Below are positions 62,528 to 64,000 of a stretch of 64,000 nt of DNA, one piece after another. The stretch's first letter is position 1, and each line of letters begins with the position of its first letter. The notes below the pieces were generated by a model, which was given only the letters and a program-made list of their open reading frames with translations, had not been told where the DNA came from and ran no database searches. The DNA comes from Chiloscyllium plagiosum (lineage: Eukaryota), in contig NC_057718.1 in the NCBI RefSeq assembly GCF_004010195.1, positions 70,453,025 to 70,517,024 of the forward strand, in the 5' to 3' direction. A program made the position numbers and the translations under genes.

Positions 62528-62746
62528 ATTCTGGATCAGTGGTGCTGGAAGAGCACAGCAATTCAGGCAGCATTCGAGGACAGGCAAAATTGACGTTTTG
62601 GGCAAAAGTCCTTTTTATTCCTGATGAAGGGCTTTTGCCCGAAACGTCGATTTTTGCCTGTCCTCGGATGCTGCCTGAATTGCTGTGCTCTTCCAGCACC
62701 ACTGATCCAGAATCTGGTTTCCAGCATCTGCAGTCATTGTTTTTAC
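62528..62746. mobile_element. Inverted family A pLTR insertion
   Basis: TSD CTAAATCCTCTGGG (62514-62527) / CTAAATCCACTGGG (62747-62760); arms ~62527-62612 and ~62628-62714. Confidence 0.9.
62617..62652 (+). ncRNA. Minimal hammerhead motif, family A, intact core, weak stem I
   Basis: ATTC-CTGATGA-A-GGGC-TTTT-GCCC-GAAA-CG-TC^GATT. Confidence 0.8.
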
Positions 62747-63249
62747 CTAAATCCACTGGGAGCTCATTCCATACACGCACCACCCTCTGTGTGAAAAAGT
62801 TGCCCTTATCTAAATTAAACTCCATCTGCCACTCCTCAGCCCATTGGCCTAGCTGATCAAATCCCGATGTACTCGGGTATCCTTCGCTGTCCACTACACT
62901 TCCAATTTTGGTGTCATCTGCAAATTAACTAACATTTCCTCCTATGTTCACGCCCAAATCACACTCACTGATCCTTGTGGCACACCACTGGTCACAGACC
63001 TCCAGTCTGAAAAGCAATCTTCCATCACTATGCTGTCTTCTATCTTTTTTGAGCTAGTTCTGTATCCAAATGGTTAGTTCTCCCTGTATGCCATGAAATC
63101 TAACCTTGCTAACCAGTCTCCCATGAGGAACTTTGTCGGACACCTTACTGAAGTCCATATAGATGACGTCCATCGCTCTACCTTCATCAATCCTCTTTGT
63201 TACTTCGAAAAGCTCAAGCAAGTTTGATACATGAATATGGAAAGTAATG

Positions 63250-64000
63250 GGTGGGTGTCCTGGAGATGTTCCCTAAAGCGCTCCACCACCAGGGATATAT
63301 TTCCCTCCCCACCCCTTTCTGCCTTCTGCAAAGACCGTTCCCTCCGTGACTACCTGGTCAGGTTCACGCCCCCCCGCCCCCAAAACCCACCCTCCCATCC
63401 TGGCACCTTGCCCTTCCACCGCAGGAACTGCAAAACCTGTGCCCACACCTCCTCCCTCGCCTCCATCCAAGGCCTTAAAGGAGCCTTCCACATCCATCAG
63501 TTTTACCTGCACATCCACTAATATCACTTATTGTATCCGTTGCTCCCGATGTGGTCTCTACGTTGGGGAGACTGGAGACCTCCTGTCAGAGCGCTTTTGG
63601 GAACGTCTCCGGGACACCCGCACCAATCAACCACACCGCCCTGTGGCCCAACATTTCAACTCCCCCTCCCACCCTGCCGAGGATATGGAGGTCCTGGGCC
63701 TCCTTCACTGCTGCTCCGTTACCACCAGACACCTGGAGGAAGAACGCCTCATCTTCCGCCTCGGAACACTTCAACCCCAGGGCATCAATGTGGACTTCAA
63801 CAGTTTCCTCATTTTCCCCTTCCCCCACCTCACCCTAGTTCTAAACTTCCAGCTCAGCACTGACCTACCTGCCACCTATCTTTTCCACCTATCCCCTCCA
63901 CCCTCCCCCGACCTATCACCTTCATCCCCTCCCCCAATCACCTATTGTACTCTATGCTACTTTCTCCACCCCCACCCTCTAGCTTATCTCTCCACGCTTC
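63250..64000 (+). mobile_element. Penelope-like element (Neptune-type Cys-rich linker plus GIY-YIG), 5'-truncated with short inverted 5' piece
   Basis: RRNCKTCAHT linker; TNITYCIRCSRCG.YVGETG; HFNSPSHPAEDMEVLGL..EEERLIFRLGTLQPQGIN; 63253-63283 is the reverse complement of ~63589-63619. Confidence 0.9.

Larger units (their letters stand above)
58480..63230. mobile_element. Cluster of CR1 fragments (- ~58480-58710, + ~59230-61060, - ~61070-61505, + ~61930-62340, - ~62340-63230)
   Basis: ENYRSVNLTSV, GSMLGPLL..YINDLE, EEWQMEFNLDK, NFFTQRVVRVWNELP motifs. Confidence 0.85.

Noticed and set aside
62514..62894. Overlapping ORFs on both strands with internally repeated peptides
   Set aside because: By-product of the inverted pLTR insertion within a CR1 fragment.

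Overview
Eukaryotic, repeat-saturated genomic DNA, most consistent with a cartilaginous fish (shark): HE1-type tRNA SINEs with (AATCT)n tails sit alongside their CR1/HER1-type LINE partners. Most of the window is nested, decayed transposons: many CR1 LINEs (one near full length with an esterase ORF1), two Gypsy LTR families (one apparently with Gmr1-type domain order), an old Tx1 LINE, a full-length decayed L1, Penelope-like elements (PLEs, GIY-YIG) and a Tigger/pogo-like MITE. The only host gene signal is a CpG-enriched promoter region (~47.56-48.62 kb) followed by an 83-bp exon encoding M-P-K-P, the first coding exon of an ERM gene (probably ezrin); the rest of the window would be its long intron. 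The most striking unannotated structure is a set of more than a dozen minimal hammerhead-ribozyme motifs (intact, decayed or truncated) in four sequence families. They occur in PLE 3' ends and in 65-250-bp non-coding TSD-flanked mini-insertions, several arranged as inverted pairs. One insertion carries a templated copy of neighbouring target DNA. Coordinates of old repeats are approximate (read by eye, no database search).
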